Of a stretch of DNA of 64,000 nt, positions 10,648 through 21,137 are shown piece after piece. The translations under genes and the position numbers were made by a program. Each line of letters begins with the position of its first letter. Positions within the stretch are counted from its first letter, which is position 1. The notes under the pieces were generated by a model, which saw only the letters and a list, made by a program, of their open reading frames with translations, did no database searches and was not told the origin of the DNA. Source of the DNA: an uncultured Planctomycetota bacterium (lineage in GTDB: Bacteria; Planctomycetota; Planctomycetia; Isosphaerales; Isosphaeraceae); contig CAWJTV010000020.1 in assembly GCA_963845755.1 (NCBI GenBank), forward strand, positions 192,001 through 256,000. The letters are read 5' to 3'.

Positions 10648-11973
10648 TCAGAGTGAGAAGGGTCGGGCTTGCCGGGCACGCGAGCCCAGCGCTTCCTCGA
10701 TCCGCAGCAGCCGGTTGTACTTGGCAAGCCGCTCGGAGCGCGCGACCGAGCCGATCTTGATCTGGCCGGCGGCGGTGGCGACGGCCAGGTCGGCGATCGT
10801 GGTGTCCTCGGTCTCGCCGGAGCGCGCCGAGACGACCGTCCGAATACCATGTTCGCGGGCCAGGTACAGGGCGTCGAGCGTCTCGGTAAGCGTCCCGACC
10901 TGGTTGAGCTTGATCAAGATGGCATTTCCCGCGCGGCGGTCGATCCCCTGTCGCAGTCGGTCGACCTGGGTGGCGAACAGGTCGTCGCCGATGAGCTGCA
11001 CCGAGCTTCCGAGCCGGGCCGTGAGCGCGGCCCAGCCGTCCCAGTCGTCCTCGGCCAGGCCATCTTCGAGCGAGACGATCGGATAGCGCTCGACCCAGCC
11101 GGCCAGCAGGTCGATCATGCCCGCGCTGTCGAGCTCCTGGCCGGCTTCGGCGCCGAGACGGTAGATCCCCTGGTCCGGGTCGAAGAAGTGGGACGAAGCG
11201 ACGTCGACGGCGATGGCGACGTCGCGCCCCGGCTCGAAGCCGCAGGCGACCATCGCATCGACGACGATTTCGAGGGCCTGTTCGTTGCCGTCGAGCCGGG
11301 GACCATAGCCGCCTTCGTCGCCGACCAGGGCCGACTCGAAGCCCTTTTCGTTCAGGACCGCGCCAGTCGCCCGATAGAGGGCGACGGTCATCTCCAGCGC
11401 CTCGCTGTAGCTGGCCGCGCCGATCGGCACGATCAGGACATCCTGGATATCGAGGTTACCGCCCGCGTGCAGGCCGCCGGAAATCATGTTGACCATGGGC
11501 AGGGGCATGTTCGGCTCGGCCGGGATGGCTCCGGGGCTTGCCGAACCGATCCGGCTTTGCCAGATTCGGTTCAGATGGACGAATAAGTCTTCGCCCCGCG
11601 CAGCCGCGGCGGCATGAGCGGCGGCCAGTGAAACCCCGAGCACGGCGTTGGCCCCGAGCCGGCTCTTGTTCGGCGTCCCGTCGAGCGCGAGCAGCCGGGC
11701 GTCGAGGCCGGCCTGGTCGTCCAGGTCCAATCCGGCCACGGCCGGGCCGATCTCACGGGTCACATTGTCGACGGCCCGGAGCACGCCCAGGCCGCCGTAG
11801 CGGGCGTTTCCGGAGTCGCGCAGCTCCAGGGCCTCATGACGGCCCGTGCTCGCTCCCGAGGGGACGATGGCCCGACCGACCGCGCCATTGGACGCGATCA
11901 CCTCGACTTCCACGGTCGGCCGGCCACGCGAGTCGAGCACCTGGCGGGCCTTGAGCGTCTTCAGGGCGATCAT
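10648..11973 (-). CDS. eno: Enolase-family protein (phosphopyruvate hydratase-like, divergent active site)
   Basis: ARQVLDSRGRPTVEVEV, VPSGASTG, GDEGG, EDGLAEDDW, GDDLF, LIKLNQVG, RSGETEDTTIADLAV, RSERLAKYNRLLRIEE. Confidence 0.85.
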   Translation of the reverse strand: MIALKTLKARQVLDSRGRPTVEVEVIASNGAVGRAIVPSGASTGRHEALELRDSGNARYGGLGVLRAVDNVTREIGPAVAGLDLDDQAGLDARLLALDGTPNKSRLGANAVLGVSLAAAHAAAAARGEDLFVHLNRIWQSRIGSASPGAIPAEPNMPLPMVNMISGGLHAGGNLDIQDVLIVPIGAASYSEALEMTVALYRATGAVLNEKGFESALVGDEGGYGPRLDGNEQALEIVVDAMVACGFEPGRDVAIAVDVASSHFFDPDQGIYRLGAEAGQELDSAGMIDLLAGWVERYPIVSLEDGLAEDDWDGWAALTARLGSSVQLIGDDLFATQVDRLRQGIDRRAGNAILIKLNQVGTLTETLDALYLAREHGIRTVVSARSGETEDTTIADLAVATAAGQIKIGSVARSERLAKYNRLLRIEEALGSRARQARPFSL

Positions 11974-11983
11974 GGGGGTGACC

Positions 11984-13015
11984 TCACATTTCTGTAGTCT
12001 CGGCGAGGATATCGAGGAGGCGCTCCCACGCCGCCGGCTCGATCCGGAGGGCCTCGCGGGCGAAGGACCGCGCCAGTGCCTGCTCGGAGCCGTCGAGGTA
12101 TTCGACCGGGCTCTTGCCGTCCACCCGCGCCAGGCAGCAGGCCGCCGTGTGGCGATTGGCCCGGCGAACCAGTTCCGCCCCGGCGACGGTCCCGATGACA
12201 CGCCGATCGAGATAGGACGCCCAGAAGGATTCGATCAATGCGATAAAATCATCATAATTCAAAAAATCATTCGCTGAAGTGTGAATCGCCTTGAGGACGA
12301 GGTGACTCAGGAAAAAGCCGAGGTCGAATGCCGGGTCGCCGGCATGGGCGCATTCGAAGTCGAGCAGGATCAGGCCGCCGGCATGGACCAGGATGTTCTT
12401 GGGGCTGAAGTCACCCAGGACAAGCGTGGCCGCTCATCCTCGGGACGGTCCATGGCGGCGATCAGGCTATCGATGCGCGGGGCCAGGTCCGGGTGGCGCC
12501 GGGCGGTGGTTCGATAGTAGGGGTCAACTCGCAGCTCATCAAAAAGGCTCGTATCCGCCAGGATTCCCCGCAAGGCCGGATGATGCGGAGCCTCGGCATG
12601 AATCGTACCCAGGATCGTGCCCAGTCGGGCGGCGATGCCAGGATCGATCCGGCCGTCCATCAGGTGACTCTTCCAGGTGACGGAGTCTTCCGGCGCAGGT
12701 CATGGCGAAGAGATAATTCGGACGATCCTCGAACAACAGATCCGGAACGGTCCCCTCGGGCAGGATCGAGCGGAGCACGCCGAGCGTGGCGAACTCGGTC
12801 CAGATGCGGTCGAGCCGGGCGTGCCACTCCATGGCGACCCTCAGCCGCTCGCGACATTGCTTGATCACGATCGGCGGCTGGCCCGCGACGTCGACGCGCA
12901 GCACGATATTGGAGACGCCGCCGGCCAGCTCGCGGACGAGGATGTCGGCGCCTGGCGCGACGTGCCCGGAATCGCGGAGGTAATCGGCGGTGGTTGCGGC
13001 GTCGATTTCGCGCAT
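11984..13015 (-). CDS. APH / 5-methylthioribose-kinase-like phosphotransferase, frameshifts near 12690 and 12430
   Basis: LAGGVSNIV, VIKQ..RLRV..W, LRVDPYY, LGDFSPKNILV..LLDFE..GDPAFDLGF and ARVDGKSPVEYL spread over three frames. Confidence 0.8.
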
Positions 13016-13023
13016 GGAATGGG

Positions 13024-13764
13024 CTATGGAGTCGGGTCTTGTGGATGTGCCAGAGGATTGGACCGCGCATCCAGCTTCGCGAGGAACGCGGCATGCTCAC
13101 GACTGGCCAGTCCGCGCTGGAGGGCGCCTTGAACCGTCGCTGAATCACCTCGAATCAATGCTGCGGGGTCGAGCCAGAGGCCAGGAAAGACCTTGCTTCG
13201 ATACAGGCCGTTCTCATCGAGCGGCAACTTCACGTATTTCCGCCGCTTTAGAACGAACCAGTCGATTTCGCGATCGCGCACACGCCAGACCACATACTCA
13301 CGCACGCCATTGCGGCGGTAAACCTCGAGCTTGGTGTGAAGGTCGAAGCTGACACTGCTCGACACCACTTCCGCGACCAATTCGGGCGCCCCTTCAATGT
13401 AGTCGTCGGGTGCGATCCTGGCCTGGCCACCCTTAGCCGGGTCGATCAAGAGTACAGCATCGGGTTGCGGTTCGTTTTTCACGTCCAGACGGGTGCTGCT
13501 ATTGTCGGCTCCGATCACTCCCGCCGTAGCTCCCTCATAAGTCCCTAGCCAGGTGATGAGGTGGAAATGTGGACGCCCATGTCGATTAAAGCATACAGGT
13601 GACGGCATGAGAACCTCCCCCTCGATCAATTCCGCTTTCTTCAGCTTGGGCATCGCGTCATACCGCCGCTCAAACTCGGCGCGACTGAGCTTGTCGCCCT
13701 GTTCCAGAGGAGGGATTTCCACCTTGTGAACCTTCTTCTGGGTTCGATGAATCACCGGGGCCAT
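13024..13764 (-). CDS. Uma2 (DUF820) family endonuclease
   Basis: AELIEGEVLMPSP, EPQPD, GAPELVAEV, DLHTKLEVYRRNGVREYVVW, SKVFPGLWLD. Confidence 0.9.
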   Translation of the reverse strand: MAPVIHRTQKKVHKVEIPPLEQGDKLSRAEFERRYDAMPKLKKAELIEGEVLMPSPVCFNRHGRPHFHLITWLGTYEGATAGVIGADNSSTRLDVKNEPQPDAVLLIDPAKGGQARIAPDDYIEGAPELVAEVVSSSVSFDLHTKLEVYRRNGVREYVVWRVRDREIDWFVLKRRKYVKLPLDENGLYRSKVFPGLWLDPAALIRGDSATVQGALQRGLASREHAAFLAKLDARSNPLAHPQDPTP

Positions 13765-14248
13765 GATCGGGACTGCCTTCCGGTTCTGGGGCGGGTCTGG
13801 GGACTCGAACTTGGTGTGATTGCAAGGGACACGCGAATCCGTTTTCTGCGGCCTCGTTTTCCTCAGCATTGAACTTTACCCAGGTGTTTCCCGGCGGATC
13901 AAGCATTTTCGGTCCATCGCTCCGGCCGGCCTTGGTCGACAAGCGGTCTTGAGTGCCGCCTCATCATCCGAATCCATCAGATCGGAGCACGACCCCGGAT
14001 TGAACTTCGGTCTCATCTCTCTTATGGTGATGAATCCGGAACGGGAGTTTGATGACCTGATACGGTACGCCCGCGATAACCGATGAGTCGATCTGCCGCG
14101 GGGCGGCTCCCATCCTCATAGACCATTGGCACGAGTTCGGGCCAATTGGCCATCAACGTCTTGTTGGCGAATGGCTGGCATTCGGATCGGAACCATTCGG
14201 CCGGATTGTCTCAGGCGACCTCATCCAAATCCTCCTGGCGGGGAAACC

Positions 14249-15256
14249 ATGAATCCGATCGCCTGGGAACGACTCTTCGGCTTTCGCCAGGCATTCCACG
14301 AGCCGGCTGTCGTCGTGATTGTCGGTTTGCTGATCCTGCTGCTGGCCGTCACGCCGCTGGTCATCCTCTTGCTGGGTCGGACCGGATGGATCGAGTCAAC
14401 GTTGAAGGACGACCTCTGGCGGCGGTACATCTCCTGGCTGGTGATGGTGCCGATCATCGTGCTGCCGATCTTGCTGGGGGCGGCGTGGACGATCCTGGCG
14501 GTCACCGCGCTGAGCCTGGTCTGCTTCGGAGAGTTCGCCGCGGCGACCGGACAATTCCGCGATAAGATCCTGTGTTTCCTGGTGGCAGTCTGCATTCTGG
14601 CACTCGCCTTCGCCGTGGCCGATCACTGGTATCGCGTGTTCGTCGCACTGACGCCCATGAGCATCGTCGTGATCACGGCCGTCTCCACCTCGCTCGACCG
14701 GCCGAAGGGATACCTCCAGCGCGTGGCGCTGGCGATCTTCGGCTTCATCCTCTTCGGCACGTGTCTGGGCCACCTGGGATTCATGGCCAACGAGACCCAC
14801 TACCGCTCCCTGATCCTTCTCCTGGTCTTCTGCGTCCAGTTGAACGACGTGTTCGCGTATCTGGTGGGCAAGACGCTGGGCGGACCCAAGTTGGCTCCCC
14901 AGACCAGCCCCGAGAAGACGATGTCGGGCGCGCTGGGCGCGGTCTTGCTCACGACCCTGCTCGTCTACTGGCTGAGCGGATTTGTCTTCATGGAGGGCCA
15001 GCTCGCGGAGCCGGTGCAGCGGCTGGTCATGGGCTTGCTCGTCAGCATCGGCGGCCAGGTCGGCGACCTGACCGTCGCGGCGATCAAGCGCGACGTCGGC
15101 ATCGCGGACACGCGGAGGATCATCCCCGGCCACGGCGGCGTGCTGGATCGAGCCAACAGCTTGCTCCTCTCGGCACCGGCCATGTTCCACTTCATCAACC
15201 ATTTCCAGATCATCGGCGGGGATCAGCCGACCAACCTCTTCACCGGCGGGGGATGA
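14249..15256 (+). CDS. Phosphatidate cytidylyltransferase family protein (YnbB-like)
   Basis: Polytopic; NDVFAYLVGK..SPEKT..GDL..AIKRDVGI..IPGHGGVLDR. Confidence 0.88.
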   Translation: MNPIAWERLFGFRQAFHEPAVVVIVGLLILLLAVTPLVILLLGRTGWIESTLKDDLWRRYISWLVMVPIIVLPILLGAAWTILAVTALSLVCFGEFAAATGQFRDKILCFLVAVCILALAFAVADHWYRVFVALTPMSIVVITAVSTSLDRPKGYLQRVALAIFGFILFGTCLGHLGFMANETHYRSLILLLVFCVQLNDVFAYLVGKTLGGPKLAPQTSPEKTMSGALGAVLLTTLLVYWLSGFVFMEGQLAEPVQRLVMGLLVSIGGQVGDLTVAAIKRDVGIADTRRIIPGHGGVLDRANSLLLSAPAMFHFINHFQIIGGDQPTNLFTGGG

Positions 15257-15259
15257 GCC

Positions 15260-15982
15260 ATGGAGTCCTGGAAGTACGACTCGGCGCGGGATATCGAGCT
15301 CGCGCCTGTCGAGCGGGCGAAAAGCCTGAGACGCGAGTCGGGGCTGTTCTCGACGGCCGGCCATCTGGCCTGGCGGCTGACCACCAGGACCTACTTCGCA
15401 ACCTACCATCGATTGTCCGTGGAGTCGGAACGATCGCTCCCCACCGAGCCGCCCTTCGTGATGATCGGCAACCACGCCAGCCATCTGGATGCGGTGTTGC
15501 TGGCGTCGGTGCTACCCTGTCGGTTGTGCGACCGCGTGTTTCCGGTCGCCGCGGGCGACGTCTTCTTCAACACGCCGGGCATGTCCCTGTTCGCCGCCAA
15601 CCTGCTCAACGCCCTGCCGATGTGGCGGAAGAATTGCGGATCGCATGCCCTCAAAGACCTGCGCAGGCGGCTCGTGGACGAGCCATGCGGCCTGATCCTC
15701 TTCCCGGAGGGGGCTCGGAGCCGGGATGGAGCGCTCCTGCCGTTCAAGGTCGGGCTGGGGATGCTCGTCGCCGGCACGTCCGTCCCCGTAATTCCCTGCT
15801 ACCTCGAAGGAGCCTTCCGTGCGTTCCCTCCGAACACACGATGGCCGCGCCCGCGGAAGATCCGGCTCCGGATCGGCTCGCCCCTCATATTTGATGCTGT
15901 CCCGAATGGCCGCGAGGGCTGGGAGCAGGTCACCTCGCAGACCCACGCGGCCGTGTGCCGACTCGGTGGGATTTGCACCTGA
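15260..15982 (+). CDS. Lysophospholipid acyltransferase (PlsC family)
   Basis: NHASHLD and FPEGARS motifs. Confidence 0.9.
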   Translation: MESWKYDSARDIELAPVERAKSLRRESGLFSTAGHLAWRLTTRTYFATYHRLSVESERSLPTEPPFVMIGNHASHLDAVLLASVLPCRLCDRVFPVAAGDVFFNTPGMSLFAANLLNALPMWRKNCGSHALKDLRRRLVDEPCGLILFPEGARSRDGALLPFKVGLGMLVAGTSVPVIPCYLEGAFRAFPPNTRWPRPRKIRLRIGSPLIFDAVPNGREGWEQVTSQTHAAVCRLGGICT

Positions 15983-16004
15983 ACGGGGAGGTTGCCGCTA
16001 CGGC

Positions 16005-16200
16005 TTAAAGCGATTAACAGTTGGGTGGCACACACTCGAAGCCTGCTCCCGAAGAACCCCCCGGAACCCCCCCTTCGCAAGGGGGGGATATTCATTGGGA
16101 AAAACCCGTTTCCTGTCCCCCCCCCTTGCGAAGGGGGGGTTCCGGGGGGTGAATTCGCGGAGCCACAGGGCGTGCGCAATGCAAGTGTAAAGCGCTCTAG
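16005..16200. repeat. Palindromic MITE/REP-like element
   Basis: Internal inverted arms CCCCCGGAACCCCCCCTTCGCAAGGGGGG and CCCCCCTTGCGAAGGGGGGGTTCCGGGGG. Degenerate terminal inverted repeat 16005-16024 vs 16181-16200 (14/20). Confidence 0.65.
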
Positions 16201-17618
16201 ACCGACAATCCTCAATTGAGTGAGCATGAGCAAGGTGGCTTCTCCATCCTTGGTCGTTTGCCTCTTTTCACGCCACCTTCACCCGCAGCGGGCGACCGGT
16301 GTAGGTCCAGTGGAACGGCTTGGCAAACACCCGATTGAAATACGCGATGAAGTTCCACAGCTTGCTCTGCAGGTCGTCCACCGAACTGAACGAGCCGCGC
16401 CGAATCACCTTCCTCATGATTACTCCGAAGACCGTCTCGATCTGGTTCAGCCACGAACTGTGCTTCGGCGTGTACACGAACCGGATCCGGTGGCCCTTCT
16501 CCGACAGGAACGCTTGCCGGCTGGCCACCGACTTGAGGATCCCGCGCGCACGTTCTTCCTCCCCAACGGCTCCGCGATCCCGCACGCCTTGGCCACCAAC
16601 CGCACCAGCATCTCCGAGCCATGGATGTTCAAATTATCCACCACGAAGATCCACCCCGCCTCCGGGTCGGTCGCCACCGTGTGCGCGATGTGTTCGACGA
16701 AATCCAACTCCGTCCGCGTCGGGCCGATCGTGGGGGTGATCAACTCGCCGGTCGTCACGTCGAAGTTGCCGATCAGAGTCAGCGTCCCATGCCGCGTATA
16801 TTCGGCCTCGATCCGCTCGGGCCTCCCGTAGGTCATCGGCTGATCGGGGGCACTCCGCTCCAGCGCTTGCAACCCGGTCATCTCATCGGTGCTGACGGTG
16901 TGCGTCCCCTGGTCCCTCGCCAGGGCCGGCGCCTCCTGGTAGGTGTCACAGACCGCCTGGACCCGCCCCGCAAAGACCACCGGATCTTTCTCGCGGGTGT
17001 TGAGCCAATACCGCTTCTTGTGCGGCTGCAAGGCGGCCTCGCGGAGATAGCGACCCACTTGAGTGACCGAGATCGAGGGCACGATGCCGCGCTTGATGGC
17101 CTCGTCGGCCAACTCCTTGGCCGTCCAGTGAGTGATCGGCCGGCCGGACTTCTCCGGGGGCTCGCAGGCCAGTGCCAGGATCGCCACGACCTGCTCGGGA
17201 GTGAACTTGCCGGAGGAGCCGGCGCGGGGCTCATCGCGGAGGACCTGCTCGACGGCCCGGCGCAACGCGGCGTGGGTCTGGGTGCACTCGATGCGGATGA
17301 GCCGCTCCCAGGCATCGGCCCAACGTCGTCGCCAGGTGCTGACCTGCCGCCGCGACAGCCCGACTGCGGCGGCGATCTCCGCGTTGTCCCGCTTCTGGAA
17401 GGCCCAGAGGATGATGGCCGCACGCTGGCGGAGTTGAGACGAGGCGGTGGGGGCCTTGTGGATCGTCTCCAGGAGATCGTGTTGACGTTCGGTGATGGTG
17501 ACCTTGGCCGTCTTGCCCGGCATGGCGAGAGCCTCCCTGGTGGTTGCGAAGCTAGCGAATCCGGGTAATTCTAGCCGGGTCATCAAGCTGTTGGTGTCTC
17601 AATTGAGGATTGTCGGTC
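16200..17618 (-). mobile_element. IS630-family insertion sequence (1419 bp)
   Basis: Perfect inverted ends CTAGACCGACAATCCTCAATTGAG (16197-16220) and CTCAATTGAGGATTGTCGGTCTAG (17598-17621). Flanking TA at 16198-99 and 17619-20. Confidence 0.93.
16268..17523 (-). CDS. IS630 transposase, frameshift near 16545
   Basis: HTH region (ITHWTAKELA), STDEMTG, EYTRHGT, VVDNLNIH; YTPKHSSWLNQIE is in the second frame. Confidence 0.9.
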
Positions 17619-20592
17619 TAGCTGCCGGCGTATCAGGTCGGGATCGACGTGTCCGCCCATGATGTTGGTGAAGGTGCCGATGGTGCTGATGACCTTCCGG
17701 AACTGGTCGGGCCGGTGCCAGGCCACGGTGAAGGCGCATCGTTGTCGTGGCGGCATGAATCGGCTGGGGCGGTTAATTCTGGCTCTGAGCTTGAGTGAGA
17801 TCTTTCCGAGGTCCAGGGGTTCATCGCTGTGTCCACCCGGGATCGCGCCGACTTCGACGTCGCGCTCGATCCGTCCCCCGAGCCGGTTGCGCTGCAAAGG
17901 GTTCATCATCCCCGGGGTACTCGCGAGGCTCATGCTCAATCGGTAGGAACCCGGGACGACGTCTTCGATCCGGAACCGGCCGTCTGCTCCCACGTGAAAC
18001 AGGTGGAATCGCCGGGTTCGCATGTAGGCTCTCCCCGACTCGGTGTGGTACCACTTGATCTCGTAGGCTCGCTGCTTCTTCTGGTCCCAGGTCCGGAAGT
18101 CCGCGGGAATCGGCATCTGGGACGGCTTGCTCGAAAGCGAGCCTGTCGCGTTGGCAACATGGACACCCGTCATGAGATCACTGGCCTCGACCGCGTCGGG
18201 GACGGCCAGGACGAGCTGGCCAACCATCGGTCGGCCCGGACCGCCCAGGACGACGTGAACCGTCAGGCCCGGCCGCAAGTCGAACCGACGGACCGGCGCT
18301 CGATTGCGTCATCGTGGGACGCTGGCCGCTCAACCAGGTGAAATCGGCCTCTCCGTCCAGGATCCGATCGATCACGAATCGCCCCTGGTCGTCAGTCGTG
18401 GCCGAATAGGACTGGAAGCGATAGCGGCCCGGAAGGACCGAGCGATTGAGGTTGACGTCGATCTCTTGATGGACGCCCGGTTTGCCACGGATCCGGAACG
18501 TGCCCTCGATCCGCGCCCAGGGCTTGAGGGTCACATCGGGCGATTGCGCCATCTCCTCGCGCGTGCGATCGCCGAAGCCCTTGTCGTGCACGGCCAGGAT
18601 GCCGAAGGGCTCGTCCTGCGGCGGGAAGAGGTAGCGGCCATCGGGGCCGGTCTTGCGATGCCCGGGGTCAAGACGACTAGGGGCAGGAGGGGGGCCCGTC
18701 GAGCGGTTGTAGGTATATCCGTCGCCATCGATGTACACATCCGCATCGGCGGCGGGTGTTCCTTCGGGTAGACGGACCACGCCCGAGATACCTCGGGCCT
18801 TTTTCAGAGCAAAGTGGAGAACGACCTCACCCTCCGCCGGCTGGATGGGTCGCGAAATGGCCGGCGCGTAGCCTTCGGCCTCGATGCGAAGGTGATAGAC
18901 CATGCCCGGCTGGTCGATGGGGATCGGTATGATCTCATAGCGGCCCTCGCTCCCCTTCACCCCACGACGGCGCTGCCAGTTGATCTCCCGGTCGTCCGCG
19001 AATCTCGTGGCGGGAATCACCGTGAAGGCGGCGACCGGTTGATTCGACTCGGCATCGAGCACGGTGCCCCGGACCCGGCCCCGGGGGTTGATGGTCAAGT
19101 CGGCCCGACCCGCGGCTGCCGCGGCCGTGCGTCCGCGGGCGCGACTGTACCCGGGGTGCCCGAGATTGAACTCAATCTCGCCTTCATGCGGCGCATCCGG
19201 CCAGACGAACCTCCCCTCGGCGTCGGTCAAGGCCCTCCAATCGAGGGAATAGCACTCCTCCCATCGAGCGGAGACGGACACCCCGGCGACCGGCCGCCCC
19301 TGGTTGTCGACGACGCGGCCGTGGAATGGCCTGCCGGGCGAGAGGCGGAAGTCGACCGGTAGAATCTCGCCTTTCGGAACGACCATCCTCCACGATGGTG
19401 CGAACCCGGGAGCCACCACGCTGATGCTCCAACGGCCCAGACGGGAGTTGCGGTCGGGGTGGATGAGGACGAAGCGGCCGGCCGCATCCGTTGTCGCTTG
19501 CAATTGGTCACGACCGCTTGAAGAATACGCCAGGACGACCTTGGCGCCGGCGATCGGTTGCCCCTTACCATCGCGGACCCGGCCGGAGACATCGAGCCCC
19601 CTGGCCTTGGCTGGCTCCTCATCGCCGGCCTTCTGGGCTTGCCGCAGGCGTGCCGTTCTCGCGATGGACGGTGCCGCGTGATTCTCGATGGCGGATCGGG
19701 CGGCGCGAACGAGCCGGCCGGCCGCGAGCAAGCCGACACCCGCGAGGACGACGATCGTTACCAGAACTTTCACCTTTGACAACGCCATGGTGTGGATCAC
19801 TCCCTGGACGAGGGTGGCGACGGATGTCGAGATGAAACGGGTCGTTGACGGAGCCGCGCGTCCGGCGAGAACGGTCGCCATGCCGGCGCGTGTGGTGGTT
19901 TCGATGAGTGCCGATGACACGCTAAGACCGACTGAATCGGAGAGCAGGGGCGCTGTCGCGGGCAGGAGTGCGGGGGCAATCCCGCGCCGTTCGAGCCGAT
20001 CGCGGAGCTTTCGCCGGGCGCGTGCCAACCGGCCGCGGAGGGCCCCTTCGCTCCACCCCAGGAATCGGGCCGCGTCCTGCTGCGATCGCCCTTCCAGGTC
20101 GCAGAGCACCAGCGCGGAGCGGTGGGCCGAGGAGAGTCGCGCAATCTCTTCATCGAGGGCCGCGCGCAGCTCGGCCTGCACGGCCACTCGGTCGGGCGCA
20201 CGAACCTCGGGCTCGGATTCGGGACGCGAGCCGCCGTGCTCCAGGGCGCGGCGGCGAACGGCATCGGCCCGCGCACGCACGGCCACGCGATAGGCCACCC
20301 CGTGGAGCCAGGGACCCAGGCGATGGAAATCGCGCAACGAACGAGCCTTGCGGACCAGGATCAGAAACGTTGCCTGGAACGCGTCATCGACGTCGGCAGG
20401 GTTGTTGAGCAAGCGTCGACAGACGCCCAGCACCATCGGGCCGTGACGGTCAACCAGGGCCTCCAGCCCCGATTCATCGCGATCGGACACGAACCGCCCC
20501 AGGAGCTGGCGCTCGTCCAGGCCGGTCACGGTCCCACCCTGGAACAACCGGTCGATCTGCCTGAGAGTTGACCGATTCGGCTCGCTTGCCAT
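17583..20592 (-). CDS. Planctomycete-type ECF sigma-70 factor with TM segment and carboxypeptidase-regulatory-like repeats; frameshift near 18285, 3' end disturbed
   Basis: [45 protein letters not shown], repeated GRVxDxxGxPxAG..TDAxGRF. The tail reads into the IS end. Confidence 0.85.
17622..17740 (-). pseudogene. Fragment of an enterochelin-esterase-like alpha/beta hydrolase
   Basis: [37 protein letters not shown] resembles the segment after the nucleophile in that family (recognised from memory). It ends at the IS terminus. Confidence 0.6.
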
Positions 20593-20778
20593 ACGGCCTC
20601 CCGATTTGATGGAGGTTGTACTGTGCCTGTCCTATCTTAATGACTGCGCGAACCTCCGGAGACCGCACGATGATTCGAGGAAACCCGTCGGGAGGACTTT
20701 CCCATTGACCCCGAATCGACGCTTACCCTATGATTCGAGTAGATGGCTGTTTGCCACGACTCGTTTCGGAGTGCCTCA

Positions 20779-20859
20779 GTGCGTAGCCTGACCGAGAACC
20801 TACGACTCAACTTTAGCCTCGGCCTCGGCCTAATCGACCGGGCGGGGAGGTACTCTTAG
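20779..20859 (+). CDS. Putative leucine leader peptide (26 aa)
   Basis: GGAG at 20768-71, GTG start, MRSLTENLRLNFSLGLGLIDRAGRYS*. Six Leu codons including two CTA; lies upstream of leuA. Confidence 0.7.
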   Translation: MRSLTENLRLNFSLGLGLIDRAGRYS

Positions 20860-20890
20860 GGTTCGTCGCGTCCGCACGAGAACGCAGCCA

Positions 20891-20944
20891 ACGAAGCCCC
20901 GAGACCCGCCCCGACCGGTGGATCTCGGGGCTTCGTGTGTTTTC
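20891..20944 (+). terminator. Attenuator terminator hairpin in the leuA leader
   Basis: 14-bp perfect stem ACGAAGCCCCGAGA (20891-904) / TCTCGGGGCTTCGT (20923-936), followed by GTGTTTTC. Confidence 0.78.
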
Positions 20945-21003
20945 GGGCCTCGGTAGTTCCATCAGTCGGCCGGTCGGGCATCTGGGATCTTGACTTGAGT
21001 TTG

Positions 21004-21094
21004 GAATCCGGAATCTCGAATCCGGAATCCGGAATCTCGAATCCGGAATCTCGAATCCGGAATCTCGAATCCGGAATCCGGAATCTCGAATCCC
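21004..21094. repeat. Heptamer tandem array (GAATCCG/GAATCTC) x13
   Basis: Thirteen consecutive 7-mers; followed by the hairpin GCGGCCGAAGGCCGC at 21104-21118. Confidence 0.92.
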
Positions 21095-21137
21095 CCTACG
21101 ATTGCGGCCGAAGGCCGCGCCAGGAAAGAGCCGAACC

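Noticed and set aside
16535..16560. Programmed frameshift in the IS630 transposase
   Set aside because: No slippery A-run; removing one CG from a CG run restores the frame, matching the window-wide indel pattern.
21004..21094. Heptamer arrays or the 55519-55803 array as CRISPR
   Set aside because: Units are 7-21 bp without unique 30-40 bp spacers, and no cas genes are present.
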